Positions 27,791-39,084 of a DNA stretch of 64,000 bases are shown in pieces. The DNA lies in assembly GCA_013334765.1 (NCBI GenBank), contig JAAXWW010000001.1, positions 39,816 through 103,815 on the forward strand. The letters are read 5' to 3'. The stretch's first letter is position 1, and each line of letters begins with the position of its first letter. The notes beneath the pieces are model-generated. The model did no database searches. It had not been told where the DNA came from and saw only the letters and a program-made list of their open reading frames with translations. Both the position numbers and the translations under genes were made by a program. The stretch is from Candidatus Moraniibacteriota bacterium (GTDB taxonomy: Bacteria; Patescibacteriota; Minisyncoccia; Moranbacterales; UBA2206).

Positions 27791-30700
27791 ATGCTTAAAG
27801 TCGAAAAAGACCAGAAGATAAAAAGCACTTTCGGTTCAGGATCATCTCTCTCGAAAAGGAAGTTTTTCAAGCCCATGTCTACGGTATCGCTCCCGAATCT
27901 CATCGAGATCCAGATCGATTCGTATGATTGGTTCCTAGAGAAGGGACTCAGGGAACTTTTGGACGAAATCGACAAGGTCAGCGACTTTACGGAAAAGGAT
28001 CTAGAGCTCCATTTCAAGGAATATTATCTGGATGAGCCGAAATACGATGAAGTAACGGCTAAGAACAAGAACATATCATACGAAGCGCCTCTTCGCTGCA
28101 AGGTCCAGCTGATTATCAAGAAGACCGGAGAAGTGAAGGAGCAGGAAATATACCTCGGCGACTTCCCGCTGATGACGGACAGAGGGACATTCATCATAAA
28201 CGGAGTCGAAAGGGTCGTAGTGAGCCAGATCATCAGGAGCCCGGGCGTTTTCTTCACGATGGAATATCAGAAAGGAAGGAAGCTGTTCGGCGCCAAAGTG
28301 ATCCCGAACCGCGGAGCCTGGCTGGAACTCGAGACTGACTTCGAAGGAGCTATATATGTGAAAATCGATCGCAAGAGGAAGGTGGCTGTCACCTCCCTTC
28401 TTCGCGCTTTCGGATATTCGAGCGACAAGGAACTTCTCGCTCTTTTTGATTCGGTCGATAAGGGCGATATTTCATATATCGAAAAGACTATCGAGAAAGA
28501 CATCGCTAAGAGTCAGGGAGAAGGATACAAAGAAGTGTATAAGAGGATTCGTCCGGGAGATCTCGCGACTGAATCCAACGCCAAGCAGGTAATCGACGCG
28601 ATGTTCTTCAATTTCGAGAAATACGACTTCGGTGCGGTCGGACGATACAGGTTGAACCAGAGATTGGAGACCGAGCTTCCGAATGACGAAGAGCACAGGG
28701 TTCTCACACGTGAAGATCTGATTTTGATTATCAAGGAAATAATCCGGCTTAACAATGATCCTCAGGCGATGTCTGACGATATCGACCACCTTGGAAACAG
28801 GCGTGTCCGCAGTGTCGGCGAATTGGTTCAGAACAAGCTCCGTGTCGGAATCGCAAGGACAGTGAGGAATATCAAGGACAGGATGAGCACATGCGATATC
28901 GCAACCGTGGTTCCTGGACAATTGGTCAATCCTCGTCCGATTGCGGCTTCCATCAAGGAGTTCTTCGCTTCTTCCCAGCTGTCTCAATTCATGGACCAGG
29001 TCAATCCTTTGGCCGAGCTTGAACACAAGAGAAGGATTTCCGCGATGGGTCCCGGAGGGCTCACCCGCGAACGGGCCGGATTCGAAGTGCGCGATGTCCA
29101 TCAATCCCATTACGGAAGGATCTGCCCAGTGGAAACTCCGGAAGGACCGAATATCGGGTTGGTCGGCCATTTGGCTACATATACCAAGATCAACGAATAC
29201 GGATTTTTGGAGACTCCTTACAGGAGGGTTTATAAAGAAATAGAAAATACCCAAGAGAAACTGGTCGGCAAAATCCTAAATGAAGATGTTGCTGGAATTG
29301 CTGCCGGAACGAAAATAGATGAGGCAGCGGCAAAAATCATTTCCAAGGAAAAGAGCAGGAAAACGATCGCTATCAAGCCCTGGATCAGCCAGGAAATAGA
29401 CTATATCAATGCAACGGTTGAAGACAGGAAGAGCATAGCTCATGCTGGAATAAACATAGATGAAGACGGCAACATCCTGGATGAATCCGTCGGAGCGAGA
29501 GTGAAAGGGAAGACTACCGAAGCGGAAGCCGCGACTCTTGATTATGTCGACGTCTCGGCCAAGCAGTGTATCTCAGTGGCTACTTCGCTCATTCCGTTCT
29601 TGGAACACGATGACGCGAACCGCGCCCTCATGGGATCGAACATGCAGAGGCAGGCTGTCTCTTGCGTGAAGCCGCAGTCTCCGCTGGTCGGAACCGGAAT
29701 CGAAGACAAGGCTGCTGCCGACTCGGGACAGGTTGTCATAGCGAGAGCTCCTGGAGAGGTCGTCGAAGTCGATGCTGATCATATCATTGTCAAAGAAGAA
29801 GCTCCGGCCGGAGCCAAGAAGCCATATATCAAGAGGGAATACCGGATGCAGAGTTTCGCCAAATCGAACGCCTTCACTTCGATGAATCAAGTGCCGCGCG
29901 TCAAGAAAGGCGATATGGTCAAGAAGGGCCAACTTCTGGCTGACGGCGCTTCGACTGATCATGGCGAATTGGCGCTGGGTCAGAATATAGTCGTCGCTTT
30001 CATTCCATGGGAAGGATCGAATTATGAGGACGCCATCATCATTTCAGAGCGTCTGGTTCAGGACGACCGATACAGCTCCATTCATATCGAAGATTTCTCG
30101 ATCGATGTCCGTGACACCAAGCTCGGCGCGGAAGTCGTTACTCGCGACATCCCGAATATCGGAGAGGAGAGGCTTAAGAATCTGGACGAAACAGGAATCA
30201 TCCGCATCGGAGCGGAAGTTTCATCCGGCGATATCATGATCGGGAAGATCACTCCGAAAGGAGAAGGGGATCTTACGGCTGAAGAGAGATTGCTTCGCGC
30301 GATTTTCGGAGAGAAATCCCGCGATGTCAAAGACAGCTCGCTCTATCTTCCTCATGGAGAATATGGGAAAGTGGTTGATATTAAGATATTTTCAAGGGAA
30401 CAGGGAGACAAGCTGCCGACTGGCGTGATCCAGCAGATCCAGGTTTCAGTCGCTCAGCTCAAAAAGATCTCCGTCGGAGACAAGCTCGCCGGACGTCATG
30501 GAAACAAGGGTGTCATTTCGAAAGTGGCCGCAGTGGAAGATATGCCGTATCTGCCGGATGGAACCGCTGTTGACATGATCCTCAATCCTCTCGGAGTCGC
30601 CAGCCGTATGAATATCGGACAGATCTTGGAAACCCATCTTGGATGGGCAGCACTGAAACTCGGATACAAAGCGGCAACGCCGGCTCTTGAAGGAGTGACC

Positions 30701-31231
30701 GAACCGCAGATCAAGGCAGAACTTAGGAAAGCCGGACTTCCGGAAGACGGAAAGGTCAACCTCGTGAATGGAAGAACCGGAGAGAAATTCGATAACAAAT
30801 CCACTGTCGGAGTCATGTATGTCATGAAGCTTCATCATTTGGTTGATGACAAGATTCACATGCGCTCGATCGGGCCGTATTCCCTTATCACCCAGCAGCC
30901 GTTGGGAGGAAAGGCTCAGTTCGGAGGACAGAGGTTCGGAGAAATGGAAGTGTGGGCATTGGAAGGCTATGGCGCCGCCTATACTCTTCAGGAAATGCTG
31001 ACGATCAAATCGGATGACCAGATGGGAAGATCGAAAGCTTATGAATCGATCATCAAGGGAGAACAGATAAAGAGCCCGAATATCCCGGCTTCGTTCCATG
31101 TCTTGGTGAGCGAGCTCAAGGGTCTGGGACTCAATGTCGAATTGGTGGAAAAGAAAAACGACGGTACGTCGGACATCGATTCCGAAGAAGACGGAGAAAA
31201 GAAACCGGAGGAAGATGTAGATACTGTTTAA
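27791..31231 (+). CDS. rpoB: RNA polymerase beta subunit
   Basis: SQLSQFMDQ, ETPEGPNIGL, GDKLAGRHGNKG, GQRFGEMEVWAL. Confidence 0.98.
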   Translation: MLKVEKDQKIKSTFGSGSSLSKRKFFKPMSTVSLPNLIEIQIDSYDWFLEKGLRELLDEIDKVSDFTEKDLELHFKEYYLDEPKYDEVTAKNKNISYEAPLRCKVQLIIKKTGEVKEQEIYLGDFPLMTDRGTFIINGVERVVVSQIIRSPGVFFTMEYQKGRKLFGAKVIPNRGAWLELETDFEGAIYVKIDRKRKVAVTSLLRAFGYSSDKELLALFDSVDKGDISYIEKTIEKDIAKSQGEGYKEVYKRIRPGDLATESNAKQVIDAMFFNFEKYDFGAVGRYRLNQRLETELPNDEEHRVLTREDLILIIKEIIRLNNDPQAMSDDIDHLGNRRVRSVGELVQNKLRVGIARTVRNIKDRMSTCDIATVVPGQLVNPRPIAASIKEFFASSQLSQFMDQVNPLAELEHKRRISAMGPGGLTRERAGFEVRDVHQSHYGRICPVETPEGPNIGLVGHLATYTKINEYGFLETPYRRVYKEIENTQEKLVGKILNEDVAGIAAGTKIDEAAAKIISKEKSRKTIAIKPWISQEIDYINATVEDRKSIAHAGINIDEDGNILDESVGARVKGKTTEAEAATLDYVDVSAKQCISVATSLIPFLEHDDANRALMGSNMQRQAVSCVKPQSPLVGTGIEDKAAADSGQVVIARAPGEVVEVDADHIIVKEEAPAGAKKPYIKREYRMQSFAKSNAFTSMNQVPRVKKGDMVKKGQLLADGASTDHGELALGQNIVVAFIPWEGSNYEDAIIISERLVQDDRYSSIHIEDFSIDVRDTKLGAEVVTRDIPNIGEERLKNLDETGIIRIGAEVSSGDIMIGKITPKGEGDLTAEERLLRAIFGEKSRDVKDSSLYLPHGEYGKVVDIKIFSREQGDKLPTGVIQQIQVSVAQLKKISVGDKLAGRHGNKGVISKVAAVEDMPYLPDGTAVDMILNPLGVASRMNIGQILETHLGWAALKLGYKAATPALEGVTEPQIKAELRKAGLPEDGKVNLVNGRTGEKFDNKSTVGVMYVMKLHHLVDDKIHMRSIGPYSLITQQPLGGKAQFGGQRFGEMEVWALEGYGAAYTLQEMLTIKSDDQMGRSKAYESIIKGEQIKSPNIPASFHVLVSELKGLGLNVELVEKKNDGTSDIDSEEDGEKKPEEDVDTV

Positions 31232-31316
31232 GTTTGATTTTTTTCTTTCATAAATATTAGCTCGGTTTGCAATCGGTGATGAAAGAGTCGCTACTTGCAA
31301 ACTGCCGATCAACCAG

Positions 31317-34300
31317 ATGGATCCAATTACAAATACTAAGACCAGCAATTTCTCAAGCGTCCAGCTCAAGATTGCGAGCCCGGATGAGATATTGGAGTGG
31401 TCCCACGGCGAAGTAACGAAGCCGGAAACCATAAATTACAGGACTCAGCGCTATGAGAAGGACGGTCTTTTCTGCGAAAAGATTTTCGGTCCGAGCCGCG
31501 ACTGGGAATGCTATTGCGGCAAATACAAAAGAATCAGGTATAAGGGGATAGTTTGCGACAAGTGCGGAGTCGAAGTGACCAGGAGCGTGGTTCGCCGCGA
31601 AAGGATGGGACACATCAAGCTGGCCGTCCCGGTTTCGCATATCTGGTTCCTGCGCGGAGTACCTTCCAAAATCGGAATGGCTCTCGGAATCGGAGTACAG
31701 GACCTTGAAAAGGTCATTTATTTCTCAAGCTATGTCGTGACCAGCGTCGATGAGAAGGAGCGCGAAAAATGCCTCAGCCAGCTGGAACAGGAATACAAAG
31801 GGAAGCAGAAGGAAATCACCAGGAATTTCGAAGGCGATGCCGACGGGGATAAGGATAAGAACGAAGAGCTGAAGAGCGCCTATCGTATCTATAAGGACAA
31901 ACTCAAGAATCTTGCCAAGTTCCAGATCATTTCTGAGATTGAATATTTCAATCTCTCATCCCGCTATGGACAGGTTTTCACTGCCGGAATCGGAGCCGAA
32001 GCAATCAGGAAGCTTCTCGAGAACATTGTCTTGGAAGATGAGATTGCAAATCTGAAGACTCTTTTGGAGGGTGATGAGGATGTTCCGGACAGGAAGAAAG
32101 TGATGCGAAGAGCCAAGCTCTTCAAGGGCCTTCTGGCTGCCAAGATCAGGCCGGAATGGATGCTTCCGACAGTTATTCCCGTTATTCCGCCAGACCTTAG
32201 GCCGATGGTGGCATTGGATGGAGGACGTTTTGCGACATCCGATCTTAACGATCTGTATAGGAGAATCATCAATAGGAACAACCGTCTCAAGAAACTGCAG
32301 GAAATCGGAGCTCCGGAAGTCATTACCAGGAATGAGAAAAGAATGCTCCAGGAAGCTGTGGATGCTCTTTTCGACAACAGTGCAAGACGCAGCCAAGTGA
32401 GCGTTGCTGCCTCAACAGGACAGCGCCGTGCTCTTCGTTCTCTTGCAGACACATTGAAAGGAAAGCAGGGACGTTTCCGCCAGAATCTTCTTGGAAAGCG
32501 TGTTGATTATTCAGGACGAAGCGTTATCGTCGTCGGACCGAAATTGAAACTTCATCAGTGCGGTCTTCCGAAAAAGATGGCGTTGGAACTTTTCAAACCG
32601 TTCATCATCAACAAGCTCATTGAAAGGGAATTAGCATATAACGTCAGAAGCGCCGGAAAGATGGTCGAAGCTGAATTGGAGGCGGCCTATGAGATATTGG
32701 ACGAAATCATCAGCCATCATTACGTGCTTCTCAATCGCGCTCCGACCCTGCACCGCCTCTCGATCCAGGCTTTCCAGCCGGTGCTTATCGAAGGAAAAGC
32801 TATTCAGGTTCATCCGATGGTCTGCTCCGCTTTCAACGCGGACTTCGACGGAGACCAGATGGCAGTGCATGTCCCATTGACTGACAAAGCCAGATGGGAG
32901 AGCGCTAACTTGATGCTGAGCGCCAAGAACCTGCTGAAACCGGCGAGCGGCGAGCCGATCACTACTCCGACTCTTGATATGGTGCTCGGCTGCTATTACA
33001 TAACGCATCTTTCTCCTGAAGCTAAGGGACAAGGAAAGGTTTTCGGCAGCATCGAGGAAGCTATTTTGGCTGAGGAACTCGGACATGTCGACATCCGCGC
33101 CAAAGTGAAGATAAGAATCAAAGGAGAACTGGTTGAAACATCAGTCGGAAGAGTGAGACTCAACGCGATCATTCCGGATGAACTCGGATTCCAGAATTAT
33201 GAAATGACCAAGAAAGAGCTGAAGCAATTGGTGGCGAAAGTCCTTGAGGAATGCGGACAGGAAGAGACAGCTTTGTTTGTCGATAAGATCAAGAACCTCG
33301 GATTCGCTTCGGTCACCAAATCCGGAATCAGTTGGGGAATGGATGACCTTAATATCCCAGTGGAAAAGAAGGAATACCTGAAAAATGCTGAGGAGAAAGT
33401 CGAAGCGATCAAGAAGCAATATAACATGGGTCTTCTTACTGAAGACGAAAGGAAGAGCAAGGTGATCGAGATTTGGAACGATGCTAAAAACAGGATTACC
33501 GACAGCATGCGTGACGCGATGGACAAGGAAGGTTCCGTGTATTCCATGGTTTATTCCAAGGCGAGAGGTTCCGAATCGGTTGTTGCTCAGATGGCTGGAA
33601 TGAAAGGCCTCATGGCCGGTCCGACCGGAGAGACCATCGAACTTCCGATCAAGAGCTGTTTCAAAGAAGGTCTTAATGTGTTGGAATATTTCATCTCGAC
33701 TCATGGAGCGAGAAAAGGTATGGCTGATACGGCGCTTCGAACAGCGACTGCCGGATATCTGACTCGCCGTCTTGTTGATGTCGCTCAGGATGTCATTATC
33801 CGTGAAGAGGATTGCAAAGATACGGAAGGAGCTTATATATACAAAGAGGATTCTGACCGTATCGGACAGAACTTCGCGACCAGGGTTGTCGGCAGAGTGC
33901 TGGTTGAAGACATAAAAGATCCGAAGACGAATGAGATCCTTGTCAAGAAAGACATCATGGTGACGAAAGAGGACGGAGAAAAGATCGAAAAAGCCGGAAT
34001 CGAAAAAGCGAAGATCAGGACGATTGTTACTTGCAAATCTTCCAGGGGAGTCTGTCAGAAATGCTATGGTTTGGATCTTGGGCGCGGGCACATGGTTGAT
34101 CTCGGTCAGGCTGTTGGAATCGTGGCGGCTCAAGCGATCGGAGAGCCGGGAACCCAGCTCACGATGCGTACCTTCCATATCGGAGGAATCGCCGGATCAG
34201 ACATCACTCAGGGGCTTCCTCGTGTGGAGGAAATCTTCGAGTCCCGCCCTCCTAAGGGAGAATCCATGATTTCGGAAATCGATGGAAAAGTCATCGGAAT

Positions 34301-34904
34301 CGAAAGCACTGATAAGGCGATGATCGTCAAAGTGGCTTCTCAAGGAAAAGAAGAGATCGTGAAGGAATACCAGATTCCTGCCGGCGCGACCATCAAGGTT
34401 GCCGAAGGGGATTTGGTTGCCAAGGGCACCCAGCTGTCAGAAGGTCATATCGATCTTAAGAAGCTATATGATGTCAAAGGCTGGGAAGAAGTGCACCGAT
34501 ATATCGTCAGCGAAATCCAGGAAGTGTATGCTTCTCAGGGTGAGGCGATCAATGACAAGCATGTCGAAGTGATCATCCGTCAGATGTTCAGCCGTCTCTC
34601 GATCATCAAGGAGGGGGATTCTACATTCCTTGCCGGAGACGTAGTCGAAGCTGATGAGTTCAATGAGGCTAATGACAATATCCGGAAAGCCGGAGGAGAG
34701 GAAACTGAGGGAGAAAGGATGCTGCTTGGAATCACCAAGGTGGCTCTCTCGACCGAATCGTTCCTTTCAGCTGCTTCTTTCCAGGAAACAGCCAGGGTTC
34801 TTATCAACGCCGCTGTCCAAGGTAAGGAAGACAAGCTCCGCGGTCTCAAGGAAAACGTGATCATCGGAAAACTGATCCCAGCCGGGACAGGATTCGGGAA
34901 ATAG
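31317..34904 (+). CDS. rpoC: RNA polymerase beta' subunit
   Basis: [32 protein letters not shown]. Confidence 0.98.
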   Translation: MDPITNTKTSNFSSVQLKIASPDEILEWSHGEVTKPETINYRTQRYEKDGLFCEKIFGPSRDWECYCGKYKRIRYKGIVCDKCGVEVTRSVVRRERMGHIKLAVPVSHIWFLRGVPSKIGMALGIGVQDLEKVIYFSSYVVTSVDEKEREKCLSQLEQEYKGKQKEITRNFEGDADGDKDKNEELKSAYRIYKDKLKNLAKFQIISEIEYFNLSSRYGQVFTAGIGAEAIRKLLENIVLEDEIANLKTLLEGDEDVPDRKKVMRRAKLFKGLLAAKIRPEWMLPTVIPVIPPDLRPMVALDGGRFATSDLNDLYRRIINRNNRLKKLQEIGAPEVITRNEKRMLQEAVDALFDNSARRSQVSVAASTGQRRALRSLADTLKGKQGRFRQNLLGKRVDYSGRSVIVVGPKLKLHQCGLPKKMALELFKPFIINKLIERELAYNVRSAGKMVEAELEAAYEILDEIISHHYVLLNRAPTLHRLSIQAFQPVLIEGKAIQVHPMVCSAFNADFDGDQMAVHVPLTDKARWESANLMLSAKNLLKPASGEPITTPTLDMVLGCYYITHLSPEAKGQGKVFGSIEEAILAEELGHVDIRAKVKIRIKGELVETSVGRVRLNAIIPDELGFQNYEMTKKELKQLVAKVLEECGQEETALFVDKIKNLGFASVTKSGISWGMDDLNIPVEKKEYLKNAEEKVEAIKKQYNMGLLTEDERKSKVIEIWNDAKNRITDSMRDAMDKEGSVYSMVYSKARGSESVVAQMAGMKGLMAGPTGETIELPIKSCFKEGLNVLEYFISTHGARKGMADTALRTATAGYLTRRLVDVAQDVIIREEDCKDTEGAYIYKEDSDRIGQNFATRVVGRVLVEDIKDPKTNEILVKKDIMVTKEDGEKIEKAGIEKAKIRTIVTCKSSRGVCQKCYGLDLGRGHMVDLGQAVGIVAAQAIGEPGTQLTMRTFHIGGIAGSDITQGLPRVEEIFESRPPKGESMISEIDGKVIGIESTDKAMIVKVASQGKEEIVKEYQIPAGATIKVAEGDLVAKGTQLSEGHIDLKKLYDVKGWEEVHRYIVSEIQEVYASQGEAINDKHVEVIIRQMFSRLSIIKEGDSTFLAGDVVEADEFNEANDNIRKAGGEETEGERMLLGITKVALSTESFLSAASFQETARVLINAAVQGKEDKLRGLKENVIIGKLIPAGTGFGK

Positions 34905-34914
34905 CGATCATGGG

Positions 34915-34943
34915 TTGACTTTTCTGTTCAGATAGTGTATACT
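34915..34943 (+). promoter_or_regulatory. sigma70-type promoter
   Basis: TTGACT-17 nt-TATACT with TG extension. Confidence 0.65.
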
Positions 34944-34955
34944 GATGAGGTAATA

Positions 34956-34987
34956 AGAAAGCGGGTGAACCCCGCTTTCTTTTTTTA
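34956..34987 (+). terminator. intrinsic terminator after rpoC
   Basis: AGAAAGCGGG-TGAAC-CCCGCTTTCT followed by a T-tract. Confidence 0.75.
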
Positions 34988-35058
34988 TCGCTTAATTTAT
35001 TAATCAAAAAATCCTCGGTAATCGAGCGCTAAGCCCGAGCTGAGGCAAAAACAAAAAA

Positions 35059-35217
35059 ATGGAAAAGGAAAAAATGCAGGAAGCCCCTTGCGAGTGTCCG
35101 GAGTGCAAAAGAAGGGCCGAGGCTGAAAAAGAGCATGAAGAGATGAATTTTGCCATCCTTCTGGCTCTCGTTCCGGCATTGGTAATAACCTTCTTCGGAA
35201 ACGCAGGACTTTTCTAA
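35059..35217 (+). CDS. 52-aa small membrane protein (not in the ORF track)
   Basis: MEKEKMQEAPCECPECKRRAEAEKEHEEMNFAILLALVPALVITFFGNAGLF: CxCxxC plus C-terminal TM. Confidence 0.6.
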   Translation: MEKEKMQEAPCECPECKRRAEAEKEHEEMNFAILLALVPALVITFFGNAGLF

Positions 35218-35307
35218 GCAAAATAGCGCATCCAAAATAATCATAACCAAGCAAAGAGTCCCCTTAGGGGATTTTTTGCTTTTCACAAATTATGTTAAAA
35301 TAGTCCC

Positions 35308-37707
35308 ATGGGAAGAAAAAAAAATACAGGCACAGCAAATAAGAGAGGAAGGAAAAGGAAAGAAGAGGTAGAAGTCGAGGAAGACGAGACCTCCTTTCTG
35401 TCCATAGGATCCGATGCTAAGAGAAGCGTGGCAGCGGTTTTTTTGTTCGCGCTGGGGCTTATTTCGGCACTCGGTTTTTTTGGCGCGTCCGGCGTCATCG
35501 GCAGTTCTCTTAATGGTGCGGTGGGAACGGCGGTCGGCTGGGTGAAATTCATTTTCCCGCTATTCTTGGTCTTGGCTGGGATAATCTTGTTGTTCAGGAA
35601 AGAGACGTCTTTCTATGTGGTCAAGATCCTGGGGCTGCTGATCGTCTTCGTGGCACTCACCGGTTTTTTTCATTGGTTCTATACTGTCAAAGAAATGTCG
35701 AAGTTCGCGTCGCTGGGCGAGGGCGGAGGATATCTTGGATTCGGAGTGGCATATCTGCTGACGAAATATTTGGGAAGCGCCGGAAGCCTGATCATGATAG
35801 TATGCCTTATCATTATCGGTGTCATCGTGGCGTTCGAATTCTCTCTGGCTGATTTCATAATGAAATTCAAGCGCGCTGCCAATCAGAAAGATGAAGTTTT
35901 GGAGAATGGGGATGAGGATGGCATGGAGGATGCTGAAGAATCTTTCGAGGAGGAGGAAAATATCGAAGTTAAAAGCGAGCAGCCTGCTGAAGAGAGCGAT
36001 ATGGACGCAAACATAGCGAAAATAGAATTCGTGGAAGGACGCGATAGGTTCGTAGATAAGAGGCTTCTGAGCGATAAGCATAGCGCGGATTTCAATCAGG
36101 AGAAGAAGCCCGATAATCCGAGCGCCGGTAGGAGTATCTTTTCCCGTCGTTCCAAATGGAAGATGCCTCCGTTCAATCTGCTTGAGAATACGACCGGAGA
36201 GGCCAAAGGCGGGGATGTGGAGCGGAACGCTGAGATTATTAAGAATACCTTGCATAATTTCGGGATCGAGGTCGAGCGGGGAGACATAAAGACTGGTCCG
36301 TCGGTAACGCAATACAGTTTCCGTCCGGCGGTCGGAGTGAAGATCTCAAAGATATTGTCGCTTCAGAATGACCTGGCTTTGGCGCTGGCAGCGCATCCTA
36401 TAAGGATAGAGGCTCCGATTCCTGGCAAGTCCATGATCGGTATCGAAGTCCCGAACAAATCATCATCCATAGTCGGGCTCCGGGGGATTCTTGAAAGCAA
36501 GGATTTCAAGAACCGCTCTTCTAACCTCACTTTGGCACTCGGGGAGGATGTAAGCGGCAGCTATCTTTTCGATTCGCTCGACAGGATGCCTCATCTCATG
36601 ATCGCGGGATCTACCGGAACAGGGAAATCGGTCTCGGTGAACGCTATCATAACCGCGCTGCTTTATCAGAATTCCCCTGATGATCTGAAATTCATCATGG
36701 TCGATCCTAAGCGTGTCGAACTGTCGCTCTATAACGGAATCCCGCATCTCCTGACGGACGTTATCGTCGAGAACAACAAAGTGGTCAATGCCCTCAAGTG
36801 GGCGGTCGGGGAAATGGAAAGGAGATACAAGCTTCTTCAGGAGTCTGGTTCGCGCGACGTCATTTCCTATAAGGAAAAGATAAAGAACGGCGAGAAGAAG
36901 AAATGCGTCGACAAGGAAACCGGGGAAGTAAGTGAAGAGGAATATGAATATTTGCCGTATATCGTCATCCTTATCGACGAGCTTGCTGATCTTATGGGAA
37001 GCCATGGCAAGGAAGTGGAGGGCGCGATCGTGCGTATCGCTCAAATGGCCCGCGCGGTCGGGATCCATCTGATCGTTTCCACTCAGCGTCCTTCGGTCGA
37101 AGTCATTACCGGGCTTATCAAAGCCAACATAGCAACCCGCATAGCCTTCCAGGTGGCATCCCAGATCGACTCGAGGACGATTATCGATATGGCAGGCGCT
37201 GAGAAGCTCCTGGGGCGCGGTGACATGCTCTACGCGAGCGCTAGCTCTCCGAAGCCTGTTCGCATCCAAGGAGTCTATGTGAGCGAAACAGAAGTCAAGA
37301 AAGTGGTCAATTTCATAAAAGAGCAGAAAGAGGCTCTTGGTATTGGGAAAGATGACGGAGAGGATGATGAGGCGATAACCGACAACGGTGGTCAGAAATC
37401 GGACGGGGCCCAGTCTTTCAGCCTTGATGCCATAACATCCGATTCGGATCAGGAGGATAGCCTGTATGAGGCAGCGAAAGCCGAAGTCATGCGCGCGAAG
37501 AAAGCTTCCGCCTCGCTTCTTCAAAGGCGCCTCCGCGTCGGATACGCGAGAGCGGCGAGGCTTCTTGATATCCTTGAAGACAACGGGGTTGTCGGACCTT
37601 CCGAAGGGGCGAAGCCTCGCGAGGTATACGGAGCGGACGGGCCTTCCGAAATCAGCTATGATGATTCGATAGATGATCAAGAGAAGAGGGATAAATGGAA
37701 TATGTAG
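35308..37707 (+). CDS. ftsK: DNA translocase FtsK
   Basis: N-terminal TMs, PHLMIAGSTGTGKS, IDELADL, ASLLQRRLRVGYARAARL gamma domain. Confidence 0.96.
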   Translation: MGRKKNTGTANKRGRKRKEEVEVEEDETSFLSIGSDAKRSVAAVFLFALGLISALGFFGASGVIGSSLNGAVGTAVGWVKFIFPLFLVLAGIILLFRKETSFYVVKILGLLIVFVALTGFFHWFYTVKEMSKFASLGEGGGYLGFGVAYLLTKYLGSAGSLIMIVCLIIIGVIVAFEFSLADFIMKFKRAANQKDEVLENGDEDGMEDAEESFEEEENIEVKSEQPAEESDMDANIAKIEFVEGRDRFVDKRLLSDKHSADFNQEKKPDNPSAGRSIFSRRSKWKMPPFNLLENTTGEAKGGDVERNAEIIKNTLHNFGIEVERGDIKTGPSVTQYSFRPAVGVKISKILSLQNDLALALAAHPIRIEAPIPGKSMIGIEVPNKSSSIVGLRGILESKDFKNRSSNLTLALGEDVSGSYLFDSLDRMPHLMIAGSTGTGKSVSVNAIITALLYQNSPDDLKFIMVDPKRVELSLYNGIPHLLTDVIVENNKVVNALKWAVGEMERRYKLLQESGSRDVISYKEKIKNGEKKKCVDKETGEVSEEEYEYLPYIVILIDELADLMGSHGKEVEGAIVRIAQMARAVGIHLIVSTQRPSVEVITGLIKANIATRIAFQVASQIDSRTIIDMAGAEKLLGRGDMLYASASSPKPVRIQGVYVSETEVKKVVNFIKEQKEALGIGKDDGEDDEAITDNGGQKSDGAQSFSLDAITSDSDQEDSLYEAAKAEVMRAKKASASLLQRRLRVGYARAARLLDILEDNGVVGPSEGAKPREVYGADGPSEISYDDSIDDQEKRDKWNM

Positions 37708-37751
37708 TCATGTGACACGGAACCGGTTTCATGTCCCATGAATCATGCTAT

Positions 37752-38774
37752 ATGGCAAGAAGCGGTTTTACAAAAAAAAGAGTCGGCACTATGACTCTTG
37801 GGGAGAAGCTCAGACATCTTCGCGAGGACAGGCGTATCACTCTCCTTGAAGCCTCGCGCGGAACCAAGATCCAGGTCAGATACCTGGAGTTCCTAGAGGC
37901 TGGCGATTATGATTCTCTTCCGGCGGATGTCTATGTGCGGGGATTCCTGAGGAGTTATGGGGATTTCCTGGGCGTCGATGAACATATCCTAGTGAAGCTT
38001 TATGAAAAGGAAAAAGGCATCAAGGAGAATCTCGCCAAAAGCAGGAATGCCGGAGCCAATAACCGTTTCGTGAGTCCGGTCAATATCTCATCTTTCGTTT
38101 TCACGCCCAAAAAGCTGGCAATCGCGCTGCTTGGACTGCTGGTTGCTTCGGCGATATTCTATCTTTATAGGGAAGTGGGATCGTTTTCGAACGATCCGCG
38201 CCTGATTATTTTTTCTCCTTTGAACAATTCTGAAATCAGCGGCAACTCCGTTGTCGTCGATGGCGTGACTGATAAGGATTCGAAACTGTTCATAAACGGA
38301 CAGCCTATTCTGGTTGACGATGAAGGGCGGTTCCGCGAGGAGCTTACGCTCCAGTCAGGAGTGAATACTATAAGCGTGCATTCTGAGAACAAATTCGGGA
38401 AAGAGAAGACCGAGACGATTTCGGTCCAGGGAAAGCACGAGGAGGCATCTGATCCGGGTTCCGATTCGGGATCAGTGGATAATTCGCAAAGCTCTTCTTC
38501 GAGCTCTTCAAGCTCGGAAAACGGCAAGCTGCAGTTGGAGCTCCGGGTCGATCCGGGTCCGGTCTGGATGAATGTCGAGGCAGACGGGAAGCTGGTCTTT
38601 AGCGGAACGATGCTGGCAGGGGCCGTACAGAGTTTCAGCGCGGATGACAAGATAGTTGTCAATTCAGGGCGTGGAAACGCCACTTTCGTGAGATTCAACG
38701 GCAAGGATGCGGGAGCTCTCAGCGCTGATCCTGGCGTTGTGAAGGATGCGGTTTTTGATAAAAATACCAAGTAG
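37752..38774 (+). CDS. RodZ-like protein (HTH, TM, Ig-like, DUF4115)
   Basis: LGEKLRHLRE...YLEFLEAG...VYVRGFLRSY, TM, VWMNVEADG. Confidence 0.85.
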   Translation: MARSGFTKKRVGTMTLGEKLRHLREDRRITLLEASRGTKIQVRYLEFLEAGDYDSLPADVYVRGFLRSYGDFLGVDEHILVKLYEKEKGIKENLAKSRNAGANNRFVSPVNISSFVFTPKKLAIALLGLLVASAIFYLYREVGSFSNDPRLIIFSPLNNSEISGNSVVVDGVTDKDSKLFINGQPILVDDEGRFREELTLQSGVNTISVHSENKFGKEKTETISVQGKHEEASDPGSDSGSVDNSQSSSSSSSSSENGKLQLELRVDPGPVWMNVEADGKLVFSGTMLAGAVQSFSADDKIVVNSGRGNATFVRFNGKDAGALSADPGVVKDAVFDKNTK

Positions 38775-38785
38775 GAAATAAAAAC

Positions 38786-38823
38786 TTGACAGTGATAATG
38801 GGTGGGTGATAAAATATCACTGT
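38786..38823 (+). promoter_or_regulatory. promoter upstream of recA overlapped by an inverted repeat
   Basis: TTGACA-18 nt-TAAAAT; ACAGTGATA-N17-TATCACTGT. Confidence 0.55.
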
Positions 38824-39084
38824 AATCGGTTTTTGATTCGTTGCGTATAATCAGCTTACTGCGATATCTTTGTTCGAATGATTGTTGTTCCTGATTTCAT
38901 ACGCCTTTATTTTTTGCCAAGGAGACTTCCGTCGTTTTTTATTTTTTGGATTTTTGAAGCATCCTAAGCCAAAAAATAAAGAGCCTTATGGTTGCCTCTG
39001 ATTGGTTTCCGGTTGTTCCTTTATTTTTATTTTAATTGCAGGCTGGTATAAATAAGTCATAATCATAATCGTTTTAGAAACGCT

